Below, piece by piece: positions 1 to 8,247 of a stretch of DNA of 17,774 nucleotides. Below the pieces are notes generated by a model. That model did not search any database and had not been told where the DNA came from. It saw nothing but the letters and a program-made list of their open reading frames with translations. The stretch is taken from NCBI GenBank assembly GCA_964625085.1, contig CAZVAJ010000005.1:1-17774 (forward strand). The letters are read 5' to 3'. The position numbers were made by a program, and so were the translations under genes. Position 1 is the stretch's first letter. Each line of letters begins with the position of its first letter. The stretch comes from Candidatus Micrarchaeota archaeon (lineage in GTDB: Archaea > B1Sed10-29 > JAJSAI01).

Positions 1-833
1 GGCCTCCATCCGAGTTGTAGTGAGAGTGTAGTGTCTGCAGCGCTCCTGGCAACGTCTCCGGGAACAGGGTCAACGTGCAGTATGCTTGAGTTGGAGCTCA
101 GAGCTTTTTTTATTGTTTCAGCAAGCTGGTTTATGCTCGTTTCTTTCCCGGTCCCTATGTTGAACGTGTGGTTTCTTCCCAGCATTTTAATCAAAGCATT
201 TGCAACATCTTCCACGTAAACAAAGTCTCTAGTCTGTTTTCCGTCCCCGTAGATTTTGAGCGGTTTTCCTTCCTGTGCGAGGGTGATGAACTTTGTTATT
301 ACTCCTGAGTAAGGGTTAGCAGGGTCCTGTCCAGGACCATAAATGTTGAACGGCCGCGCGACCGCAATTTTTGAGTGCCTGCGGTAGTACTCGCAAACAT
401 TTTCTCCCAGGACTTTGGTTAGACCATAGGGGTTCTCTGGATTGAGGGGGTGAGATTCTGGTATTGGCACTTGTTGGGGTGTGCCGTAGACTGCTGCAGA
501 GGAAACGAACACGATGGGTTTTCCTTTGTTAGCCTCTAGCACGTTCACTGTCCCGGTAACGTTCACGTCAAAGTACTCTCCTGGCTTTTGGAGCGATTCT
601 GGGGCAGAAACCTTTGCGGCAAGATGGAATACTGCATCAACGTCATGCGAAGCCCTTTCCACGTCTTCTTTGTTTCTAGTGTCTCCCACGATGAGCTCGA
701 TCTCGTCTGGCACGTTCTCTTCCCTGCCAGTGCTGAGGTTGTCAAGCACGACTATATCGTGTCCTTGCGCTTTGAGCTTTCTGCACAAGTACTTTCCAAG
801 AAAACCTGCACCGCCTGTTATTAATATCTTCAT
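1..833 (-). CDS. NAD-dependent nucleotide-sugar epimerase/dehydratase (GalE-like extended SDR), 3' end runs off the window
   Basis: Not in the ORF track; manual translation from ATG at 833 gives MKILITGGAGFLG (TGxxGxxG), VFHLAA, VSSAAVYG, catalytic YGLTK (YxxxK), FNIYGPGQ and GDGKQTRDFVYVEDVA, with no stop before the window edge. Confidence 0.93.
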   Translation of the reverse strand, partial: MKILITGGAGFLGKYLCRKLKAQGHDIVVLDNLSTGREENVPDEIELIVGDTRNKEDVERASHDVDAVFHLAAKVSAPESLQKPGEYFDVNVTGTVNVLEANKGKPIVFVSSAAVYGTPQQVPIPESHPLNPENPYGLTKVLGENVCEYYRRHSKIAVARPFNIYGPGQDPANPYSGVITKFITLAQEGKPLKIYGDGKQTRDFVYVEDVANALIKMLGRNHTFNIGTGKETSINQLAETIKKALSSNSSILHVDPVPGDVARSAADTTLSLQLGWR

Positions 834-837
834 CCTG

Positions 838-1815
838 TCACCACACCCATGCAAGGGCTGCTAGTACTATCACTCCTTGTATGGCGTACGTTTCGAGCAC
901 TATTCTCCTTTCGGTTAAAGGACCGTGAATTCTCATGAGCAAGTGAGGGAATGTCTCAATAATCTTGCTGGCAGGCTCGAGCGTCCCGTCTTTCCTTAGC
1001 TTGCTCCACCACGTGTTCTTGAACTTTTTGCGGGATTTTAGGCCGAGTTCCAGGAAATACAATGGGAACATTAGGAGCGCGGCTTTTTCCATGTTCCCTA
1101 TTATCGCCGCGTTAGCGATCACCGCGCCGATTAGAAAGTCGGACATTCCAGGCAGGCATTTCGCAGGATAGAAGTTGTAGTACAGGAGTGCGAGGAATGC
1201 GCCGACAGCAGCGCACAGGAAAAGAGTTGAGTGCATGTTTCCGGTGTGCAGGGCCAGAGCAAGCAGTCCGGTCATGGTTATTAATCCTGTCCCTGTGCTT
1301 ATACCATTATATCCTGCAAGCATGTTTGTTGCGTTGCTTGCTCCAAGCACTCCGATTATCACCAGCAAGTAATACATCATTCCAAAGTCAACAGTTCCTA
1401 AAAGAGGAACTGTCATGATCGTGCTGCCTGCCTTGACTGCTATCAAAGGCACTGCTCCTAAGGCTGGAATGACTGCTTTCATCTTATTGCTTATCTTGAG
1501 AAGGTCGTCCAGGAATGCCATGAACGCTATCAACGAGATGCTGGTAAGCATGGCGAGCAGCGTGCTGGTATCCTGTCCTGAGATGAATGTGAGGTATGCT
1601 ACTCCTGTCAGCACGCCCATGGATATGGCGAAGTATGCTCCTGCGCCGCCCACTTTAGGCACTAGTGGCTTTTTTCTTTTGTGCAGGTCAGGAACTATCA
1701 GCCCAAGGTCGTGCACTCCAGAATAGTTCAGTCTTTTGACTATTCTTATGATCCTGTCGAGCACGAACAGGCCTGTTATCGTGCTTACTGCTGCTACAAT
1801 GAGGTATATGAGCAC
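838..1815 (-). CDS. Polyprenyl-phosphate HexNAc-1-phosphate transferase (GPT/AglH/MraY-like, glycosyltransferase family 4)
   Basis: Multi-TM 325 aa protein with PDLHK..VPKVGG, FLDD, NATNMLAGYNG, YNFYPAK and IIGNMEK motifs. GTG start is preceded by GGAGG and abuts the aglB stop. Confidence 0.88.
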   Translation of the reverse strand: MLIYLIVAAVSTITGLFVLDRIIRIVKRLNYSGVHDLGLIVPDLHKRKKPLVPKVGGAGAYFAISMGVLTGVAYLTFISGQDTSTLLAMLTSISLIAFMAFLDDLLKISNKMKAVIPALGAVPLIAVKAGSTIMTVPLLGTVDFGMMYYLLVIIGVLGASNATNMLAGYNGISTGTGLITMTGLLALALHTGNMHSTLFLCAAVGAFLALLYYNFYPAKCLPGMSDFLIGAVIANAAIIGNMEKAALLMFPLYFLELGLKSRKKFKNTWWSKLRKDGTLEPASKIIETFPHLLMRIHGPLTERRIVLETYAIQGVIVLAALAWVW

Positions 1816-4200
1816 TTACCTGCCTCCTTTTTTGAATACTTCGTAGAACTGCTCTGTCCACGCAGGAATGTTAGGATTATCGCGCGGGAACTTGTCAGGG
1901 TCAGGCACGCCCTCCCAGTTTATCTCGTATATTTTGTTCCACCCATTATCATACACCAGTTTTACGTGTTTTAGGTTCGGGTCCTTGAAGTAAAGCCTGT
2001 ACATGAAAGAGTACAGTAAGGGTGTTTCGCTCGGGATCACGAACAGGGTATAAGAGTATTCTTCACTGGGGTCGTCTATCCCTTGGTACGCGTACTTGCT
2101 GTGATCTTTTTCCGGAAGAAGGCTTACTGGAATCCCGCTCATGTTGTACGGGATTCCTGGCCAGACCGCGTTATCAAACTGTTCTTCTGTAATCATTATG
2201 GGATTGGTTGGAACTACTCTTCCCTCTCCTGCATCCTTGTAGTAGTGTCCTGTATTGTCAGGCATCCAGCAGGTTATAATGCTGGTGTTCTTCATTTTCG
2301 TGCAGGGAACATCAAATGGCCTTAGGTTCTGGCTCATTACAATATTGTTTGCTATGATCTGAGGCGCGCCTACTTTCCGGTCAATCATCTCTTTATCTAT
2401 CAGGATGTGAGTGGTGCCGTACGGTTTTAGGATAGAAAGGGACTCCAGTTCTGCTTTTTCAAGGCCTGTACTGCTCGCATCACAGAGGATGTGTTGTCCT
2501 GTTGCCTTGCAGGTGGTGGTGTGCGTGAACGACGCTGCGGTCACGTAAATGGATCCAGGGGTTGAGTGCACGTTGTCAGTGAGCATGTTGACCTTGTCCC
2601 CGTTAAAGTACGCGATCCAGTGCCCGTAGTCCCACCAGAACGCGAACACACTTCCTTCAGGAATGCTCTTGTTAATAAAGTCAAATGTCTCCCACCAGCT
2701 TGTGGGAACATCATACTGGTAGTTTTTGGATGTTTCCTCGAGCACGAGCACGTTAGGCATGGCAAGCACGAGCACCAAGCCCATGACCGCGATTCCAGCA
2801 ATTTCTTTTCCTCTTTTTACTTTGGCGTATGCCAAGAACCGTTTTCCCTGCTTCCACAGTTCGCCAATCAGGTATCCTGCTCCCAGCATTACCGGCGCGG
2901 AGAGGAAGAATGTTGTCTGCTCTTTCGAGGTTTGGGTGAAAAGTATCACGAGGACCAGGACAGCTACAAGAAGATCCAGCTCGTAATCAAATCTTTTGTT
3001 CACGAACGGCATTATCAGGGACTTCATGAGCGCCCAAATTCCTCCAAAGAACCCGAGCCAGAGGAACACGCCGAAATACTTTTGCGACAAGTAGTTCATT
3101 CTGTTCATGAACCCTCCGCTCACTCTTGCTTGTTCTGCGATGGTGGTGTCAAGCCTTTGCACGTAGTCTGGTTTTTCTTGAGCTCCTCCAGCATGCACTC
3201 CCACATACCCTAGCGGGGCAGTGTACAACGAGCTTGAGTACACTGGAACCAGTGCCCCAAGAAGCAATATGGCAGAAAGGCCTGAAAGAATAACAGGGTT
3301 CTTGTAATTCTTTGCAAGATAGCTCAGGTCACGGCCGTTAAAGTAGAACACCTGCAGTGCTGCGCAGTAGATAATGCTTCCTGCAAGCGGAAGCAAGGTT
3401 ATCGCTACATAGTGTCCATTGGAAAAGGCAAGGTCAACGAGAAGAGATGGTAGGATGCTTGCCATTGCGAGTATGTAATTGCTTTTGTCAACCTTTCCTT
3501 CAGTGTACTCCATCATCTTCATTGCCGCGATGAACGTGAACCAGACGGCCACAGTGCCTGCAATACCCACTGTAGCCACTATGTAAGACTGCCAGGTTAT
3601 CGCCAGCCAAGAGAACACCAGAGCATTCAGAACAAGGTACCTAATCTTCTTTTCTTTTACCGCGAGCACGAAAGTGTACAAGGCCAGGAACAAGAGTGAG
3701 AACCCCAGCGCATCATTTTCAGCATGCCCGTAAATAGAATACTGCAGGTGAGTGATTGCGCCTGTAAGGAACAAGGCCCCGGCCAGTCCAGCGATCCTGT
3801 TAAATGACTTGCGCAAGAAAAGGTATAACGCGGGAATTGCAAGAGCTCCGAAGATGGCTGTGTTCCAGCTCGCTATTTTTCCAAAAAGAGAGTAATCAAA
3901 GCCACTGACCCCATTAACCGCAGCCACTGCTTTGTACGAAACTGCGTTCAGTCCCCACCAGCCAAGTTCTGTTGCAGTGGCGGTCCTGCCGAACGGATAG
4001 TCTATCATGGTTTCATTGTAAGGGAACCACCCTCCTTCAATCATGTGTTTTGTGTGTCTTGCCGCCCAGTAGGAGTCAAAACCCATTATGTTGGGAAACC
4101 TGTCCGCAGGCCCGATTCTCGCGCCAAGGGCCAGGAAATAAATGGACAAAAGGATCAATATCTCGATCTTGTTTTTTGAAACCCATCTGATAAGATTCAT
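1816..4200 (-). CDS. aglB: Oligosaccharyltransferase AglB (STT3 family)
   Basis: 794 aa with an N-terminal multi-TM region containing GFDSYW, HAEND and TIAE (TIXE motif), and a C-terminal soluble domain with WWDYG. Confidence 0.95.
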   Translation of the reverse strand: MNLIRWVSKNKIEILILLSIYFLALGARIGPADRFPNIMGFDSYWAARHTKHMIEGGWFPYNETMIDYPFGRTATATELGWWGLNAVSYKAVAAVNGVSGFDYSLFGKIASWNTAIFGALAIPALYLFLRKSFNRIAGLAGALFLTGAITHLQYSIYGHAENDALGFSLLFLALYTFVLAVKEKKIRYLVLNALVFSWLAITWQSYIVATVGIAGTVAVWFTFIAAMKMMEYTEGKVDKSNYILAMASILPSLLVDLAFSNGHYVAITLLPLAGSIIYCAALQVFYFNGRDLSYLAKNYKNPVILSGLSAILLLGALVPVYSSSLYTAPLGYVGVHAGGAQEKPDYVQRLDTTIAEQARVSGGFMNRMNYLSQKYFGVFLWLGFFGGIWALMKSLIMPFVNKRFDYELDLLVAVLVLVILFTQTSKEQTTFFLSAPVMLGAGYLIGELWKQGKRFLAYAKVKRGKEIAGIAVMGLVLVLAMPNVLVLEETSKNYQYDVPTSWWETFDFINKSIPEGSVFAFWWDYGHWIAYFNGDKVNMLTDNVHSTPGSIYVTAASFTHTTTCKATGQHILCDASSTGLEKAELESLSILKPYGTTHILIDKEMIDRKVGAPQIIANNIVMSQNLRPFDVPCTKMKNTSIITCWMPDNTGHYYKDAGEGRVVPTNPIMITEEQFDNAVWPGIPYNMSGIPVSLLPEKDHSKYAYQGIDDPSEEYSYTLFVIPSETPLLYSFMYRLYFKDPNLKHVKLVYDNGWNKIYEINWEGVPDPDKFPRDNPNIPAWTEQFYEVFKKGGR

Positions 4201-4242
4201 GCTGATGCACCCAGCGCTTTTGAACAGATTAACATCCCGGTA

Positions 4243-4803
4243 TTAAAAAAGGATGGTGGTCAGGAACAAACTTGCTCCAGAGACCAGAGGGATCACTATA
4301 TTATCATCAATCCTTGAATATAATTCCACGAGCGAGGCAAGAACGCACGCCGGTAATGTAATCAGAGGAGGTAAAAAAAGGGATGATACGATCCATCCTG
4401 CGAAAAATCCTGCCAGTGTTCCTTCAGCTGTTTTTTTCCCGTTTATTCTTGTTTTGCCGAATGCCATTCCAATCACTGTTGAAAAGCTGTCCAGGAACGA
4501 GAGTATTAGTACTGAAACGAATGTTATCTGCAGTCCGAACAGTACAAGAGACAGGTATGTACCCATGAAAAAATTGATCGTTCCTTTTCCCGCAGGCGCT
4601 TCTTTTCTTTCAAACCGGTTAAGGAACCAGTCCACTACCGGAATTTTGAACCCTGCTCTTGCAAGTATGCATAGGACTACTCCTAAAAGCAGAATCCCAG
4701 ATAAGAGAATTATTGACCAGTATTCTCCAAGGAGCATCATTCCAGCTGCCAGTACTGTTCCAAGGGCTAGGTGTATGATGTTCCTTCCTGTTTCTTGCCT
4801 CAT
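4243..4803 (-). CDS. Dolichol/phytol kinase-like CTP-dependent membrane kinase (SEC59/DGK1/VTE5 family)
   Basis: Hydrophobic 186 aa protein with RNIIH, DSFSTVIG..FG, KKTAEG (KTxEG) and IDDNIVIP; lies directly upstream of aglB. Confidence 0.85.
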   Translation of the reverse strand: MRQETGRNIIHLALGTVLAAGMMLLGEYWSIILLSGILLLGVVLCILARAGFKIPVVDWFLNRFERKEAPAGKGTINFFMGTYLSLVLFGLQITFVSVLILSFLDSFSTVIGMAFGKTRINGKKTAEGTLAGFFAGWIVSSLFLPPLITLPACVLASLVELYSRIDDNIVIPLVSGASLFLTTILF

Positions 4804-4805
4804 CC

Positions 4806-4820
4806 AAAAAGGTTTTAAAT
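4806..4820 (+). promoter_or_regulatory. Putative BRE/TATA promoter of tRNA-Ile
   Basis: AAAAAGG-TTTTAAAT about 30 nt upstream of the tRNA 5' end at 4848. Confidence 0.55.
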
Positions 4821-4847
4821 CAATTTAGTTAATAACCTTTCTTAGGT

Positions 4848-4965
4848 GGGCCCATAGCTCAGCCAGGTTAGAGCGCCGGTCTTATATGGCTCGCTCTAGC
4901 ACAGTTTTGCTGGCGGTGCTTGAGAGAACCGGAGGTCCTTGGTTCAAATCCGAGTGGGCCCACCA
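4848..4965 (+). tRNA. tRNA-Ile(UAU) with a 40-nt intron at 37/38 (4887-4926) and encoded CCA
   Basis: Acceptor GGGCCCA/TGGGCCC, A73, CCA; D-stem GCTC/GAGC; anticodon stem CCGGT/ACCGG; loop CT-TAT-A^A; T-arm CTTGG-TTCAAAT-CCGAG. BHB: CTTA/TGAG central helix, bulges TA^T and AG^A, outer helix GGC/GCT. Confidence 0.93.
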
Positions 4966-5002
4966 AAACCATAAAACCACACTGATTAGGAGGTAATATC
5001 AG

Positions 5003-5785
5003 ATGACTGTAAAGAAAAAGAAGTCTAAAAAGAAGCCTGATTTTAGCGAGGAGATAATAAAAAAGGAGAGAAAATGGTTCAAGGAATGGAATCCTGAAAT
5101 AATGCTGGTAACAGTAGTGGGTATTCTAATGATTCTTGGTATTAGTGCAGTTGCTGCTGCCAAGATAGGGGAAGTGCATGCGGACCTGTCAAAAACAAAC
5201 GAGCAGTTAGACCAGAAAATAACAACACTTAATAATAAGATAACAGGGCTTAACAATGAAATAACGCGCCTTAAAGCAGCAGGTCCTGCAGGAGGATGCA
5301 TGTTTGACATTAAAGGCAGCACCTTGTGTGACATGAAAGAAGGGCTTGACACCAAGCTTAGGGGTACTAATTTTAAAATTCCTCTTGAGTCAAACACGCT
5401 TTGCACGAACACGACAGCATGCCTGCCTGAACATGGTAAAGCAAGGATACTCAGGTTCGTGTCACCAACCTGCCCGTTCTGTGATGCTCAAATGTCTGTC
5501 CTTGACAAAGTAAGCGCGAAGTACCCCCTGGTAGAAGTGAAAAACGTGTGCCTGAACATTCATCCTGGAGATGAACAGCTTTGCAAGGAGAACCAGGATG
5601 CTTACGACATACCATACGAGGAAGGCATGCAGCTTGCGCAGATATTCCACGTGAGCGGAACTCCCACCATGGTGGTGGACTGCGTGTACAGCAGGGTCGG
5701 AAGCTATGCCCTGCTTGACCAGAGGCAAAACACCACTAATGAAGAACAGGATCTAGAATCTTTGTTCAGCGCACTGAGCGCATGA
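5003..5785 (+). CDS. Membrane-anchored thioredoxin-fold protein (CPFC) with a coiled-coil stalk
   Basis: Basic N-terminus, one TM helix, heptad region (LSKTNEQLDQKITTLNNKITGLNNEITRLK), CPFC motif and GTPT cis-Pro loop; GGAGGT ribosome-binding site at 4989-4994. Confidence 0.8.
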   Translation: MTVKKKKSKKKPDFSEEIIKKERKWFKEWNPEIMLVTVVGILMILGISAVAAAKIGEVHADLSKTNEQLDQKITTLNNKITGLNNEITRLKAAGPAGGCMFDIKGSTLCDMKEGLDTKLRGTNFKIPLESNTLCTNTTACLPEHGKARILRFVSPTCPFCDAQMSVLDKVSAKYPLVEVKNVCLNIHPGDEQLCKENQDAYDIPYEEGMQLAQIFHVSGTPTMVVDCVYSRVGSYALLDQRQNTTNEEQDLESLFSALSA

Positions 5786-5809
5786 AAAACCATTCTCTCT
5801 TTTTTCTTA

Positions 5810-6472
5810 TTATTGTTTTTCAGCAATGATAGCAGCATGATCTTTCTCAAATGGCCCGAGTCGCTTCACGCCAATCACTTTTAAGCCTGCTTTTTGCACT
5901 TTCTTTTGTTCTTCTGAAAAAATTTTTTCAGGGTCCCTTGTCACATCAATGCTCCGGGCCTTTATCATGAGCACGAACAAGCCTCCCCTTTTAAGGAATC
6001 TTTCCACGTTCTTAAGCCCGATTTCTGTCTGGTTCGGTTGAGCTATGTCCTCGTACACGACGTCCACGTTCCCTGGAACTATGTCTTCATACTCTTCTGG
6101 TTTTCCAGCGTCCGCGAACACTGGCACCATGTTCTGTCTGTCTTCGCATAATGGCAGGAGTTTCTCAAAGGCCTTGGCAGAGAACTCAACGCAGATCACC
6201 AGCCCTTCCGGTCCCACGATGTCAGAAACATGGGATGGCGTTGTGCCCTGCGCTGCCCCAAGGTACAGCACAACGTCGCCTGGTTTAATCAAGCTTTTGT
6301 TCCAGCCTTTTTTCAGAAGAGCAGCGAGCTTTGACCTACGCGGGTTCCATTCCCTGTATTCCCTTCCTTCTTCCCTTACTGTTCTCTCACCGTATGCCTT
6401 TTTTCCAGGAGTGAGATTAAGCGTGTACAGCCTGTTCTTCTCAGCATAAACTCCTTCAATTACTTTTTTCAT
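5810..6472 (-). CDS. flpA: Fibrillarin-like rRNA/tRNA 2'-O-methyltransferase
   Basis: YGE..EYREWNPRRSKLAA, VLYLGAAQGTTPSHVSDIV, DIAQPNQ, IKARSID and PFEKDH motifs. Confidence 0.97.
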   Translation of the reverse strand: MKKVIEGVYAEKNRLYTLNLTPGKKAYGERTVREEGREYREWNPRRSKLAALLKKGWNKSLIKPGDVVLYLGAAQGTTPSHVSDIVGPEGLVICVEFSAKAFEKLLPLCEDRQNMVPVFADAGKPEEYEDIVPGNVDVVYEDIAQPNQTEIGLKNVERFLKRGGLFVLMIKARSIDVTRDPEKIFSEEQKKVQKAGLKVIGVKRLGPFEKDHAAIIAEKQ

Positions 6473-7188
6473 GTTCTACTCCTCCTTTTTACGAGTGAGA
6501 ATGCCAGCACTACTAAAAGCACTGATGTTACGAGCGCGCTCACTAATGCAGGCAGTTTCTGCACATACTGCGCACCAGTTCCAGGCGCGTGTGTTATGAT
6601 CACTCCTTGTAATAACGCTTTTTCCACCCCCCTTCTTTCAGTGCAGTACTCCTGCGCAGAGATATTGTCCAAGATCCTAAAGTATATTCTCTCGTACAAG
6701 ATTCTGCCAGACAGTTTTGCAGTGTAGTTTAGGAAGAGGTGGTTGGTTCTGATTGAATAATTTTCAGGCAGGGACAAGATAGTGAAACCTTCTGGCAAAA
6801 CTGTCCTGCTTTCCACAAGCTGGCTTCTGGCGCTCATAACACCTTCCGGGTCCTCACAGTACTCATCTATGAATCCTTTTCCTCCAACCTTGTAATTGTC
6901 TCCCTTTTTTTTGACAAAATCAGGCAACACTCCTGTCACGCGCAGTTTGAACGTGCTGTTCTTTCGTTCAACGCTCCAAAAGCTTATTTGCATTCCAGGC
7001 GCTCTGGACTGCACGAAATATTCTCCGAATACTTTGTACGCTGTCCAGGCGCTTAGGCTGGAAAAGTTTTCTTCAAAAGAGTACTCGTCCACAAGATCTT
7101 GGGAAATGTTATGCGTGTTTTGTCTGACCACATCATATGCTAAGGAAGCCTGCACTAAGACCAGCATGATCAAAATAATTTTTTTCAT
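6469..7188 (-). CDS. Hypothetical surface protein (signal peptide, C-terminal TM anchor)
   Basis: MKKIILIMLVLVQASLA signal peptide; several N-x-S/T sequons; C-terminal hydrophobic helix followed by KRRSRT; ATGA overlap with fibrillarin. Confidence 0.8.
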   Translation of the reverse strand: MKKIILIMLVLVQASLAYDVVRQNTHNISQDLVDEYSFEENFSSLSAWTAYKVFGEYFVQSRAPGMQISFWSVERKNSTFKLRVTGVLPDFVKKKGDNYKVGGKGFIDEYCEDPEGVMSARSQLVESRTVLPEGFTILSLPENYSIRTNHLFLNYTAKLSGRILYERIYFRILDNISAQEYCTERRGVEKALLQGVIITHAPGTGAQYVQKLPALVSALVTSVLLVVLAFSLVKRRSRT

Positions 7189-7455
7189 TCAAAACAGCCC
7201 GTTTGCAGAGAGTATCATCAGTATTATGCCTGCCAAGATGATTATTTTTATCATGAAACTCAGCCGTGATTCGCTGCGGAACTGCACTTTTTTCGTTTTC
7301 ATTGGCTCAATCTTCCTAAGATGCCAAGGCGCCCGCAACAGCAGAAACTGCTTTAGCCCGCGTTCTGTTGAGACCAGTTTTGAAATTCTCTCAGATTCGT
7401 AGATCATTCCCGCAATAAACCCCACTGCGAACGCTACAACCAGTTCGTACAGCAA
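7189..7455 (-). CDS. Hypothetical small membrane protein (2 TM)
   Basis: 88 aa with hydrophobic N- and C-termini; TTG start after a purine-rich GGGGAAAAG; fills the gap between nop5 and the next gene. Confidence 0.65.
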   Translation of the reverse strand: MLYELVVAFAVGFIAGMIYESERISKLVSTERGLKQFLLLRAPWHLRKIEPMKTKKVQFRSESRLSFMIKIIILAGIILMILSANGLF

Positions 7456-7467
7456 TCTTTTTCCCCT

Positions 7468-8214
7468 TTATTTCAGCTCTTTTATCTCTTTCTCAAGCTC
7501 CTGCTTTAGTTTGTCTCCAATGAACTCTCCTTTGAAGTAGTCTACTTTGGCTGCTATGGCTATCTTGCCCGCAAGCCGTCTTGCGATTTTTCCCCTAACC
7601 TTCTTCTTTGATCCTCTGACTTCAGGGTACGAGAAGATCACCCCATGCTTTGGGCTGGGAACTCCTTTTTTTCTGAGATGAGCGAACAAGGCCTTTTCTG
7701 CTCCAAGAACCTGGATGGTGGAGCTGGGCATCTCGGCAAGGCGTTCAAGAGAGCCTGCCAGCGAAATGAGCCTTGCGGTCAGGCCTGGTCCAAGAAGGCT
7801 GTTCAGGTTAGGGGCTTCCTGAGATACCAGGGTTTCAAGGTACTCTGAAATAACCTGTCGCTCGTTCAACAAGCCTTTTATGCTGCGCGCGAATGACCTT
7901 ACTTGTTCCACATCCTCTTTTGTCAAGTCAGCGCCAACAGAATCCTCTGAGCCAGGCATCTTTTCCTTGTACCCAACGTCAGCCACCAGATTAACATACT
8001 CTTCAATGCTTCTTGTTTTTCTTTCAAGCTCTGGGAAGTAAACAGAGTACCAGTCCTTCAGTTTTTCAGTTAGCAGGTTGGCTGTTTTATCTATCTCGTC
8101 AATACTTCTTACAACCTGTACAATAAGATGATCCCTCTTGTACATGCTTTGCTTTAGCTGTTTGCGTGTTCTTTTGATAGCTTTCTTCCTGAGCTCGGTG
8201 TACTTGCTAGGCAT
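7468..8214 (-). CDS. nop5: C/D box RNP scaffold Nop5 (Nop56/58), short form
   Basis: RDHLIVQ..DWYSVYFPEL coiled coil; APNL..LG, MPSSTIQVLGAEKALF, PKHGVIF and RGKIARRLAGK Nop domain. Confidence 0.95.
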   Translation of the reverse strand: MPSKYTELRKKAIKRTRKQLKQSMYKRDHLIVQVVRSIDEIDKTANLLTEKLKDWYSVYFPELERKTRSIEEYVNLVADVGYKEKMPGSEDSVGADLTKEDVEQVRSFARSIKGLLNERQVISEYLETLVSQEAPNLNSLLGPGLTARLISLAGSLERLAEMPSSTIQVLGAEKALFAHLRKKGVPSPKHGVIFSYPEVRGSKKKVRGKIARRLAGKIAIAAKVDYFKGEFIGDKLKQELEKEIKELK

Positions 8215-8247
8215 ACAAATATTACTGCCCGGTGTTTAATAAAAGCA

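Noticed and set aside
31..864. Plus-strand ORFs 31-219, 514-864 and 588-824, and similar antisense ORFs elsewhere (e.g. 2566-3213, 4253-4828, 11129-11716, 16068-16817)
   Set aside because: They are shadow frames of well-supported genes on the opposite strand, with Ser/Phe-rich composition and no motifs.
4887..4926. C/D box guide RNA within the tRNA introns or near nop5/fibrillarin
   Set aside because: No RUGAUGA/CUGA box pair was found in either intron or in the short intergenic gaps.
4845..4965. Leader GGT pairing with ACC to extend the tRNA-Ile acceptor stem
   Set aside because: Only 3 bp and readily explained by chance; no support for a function.
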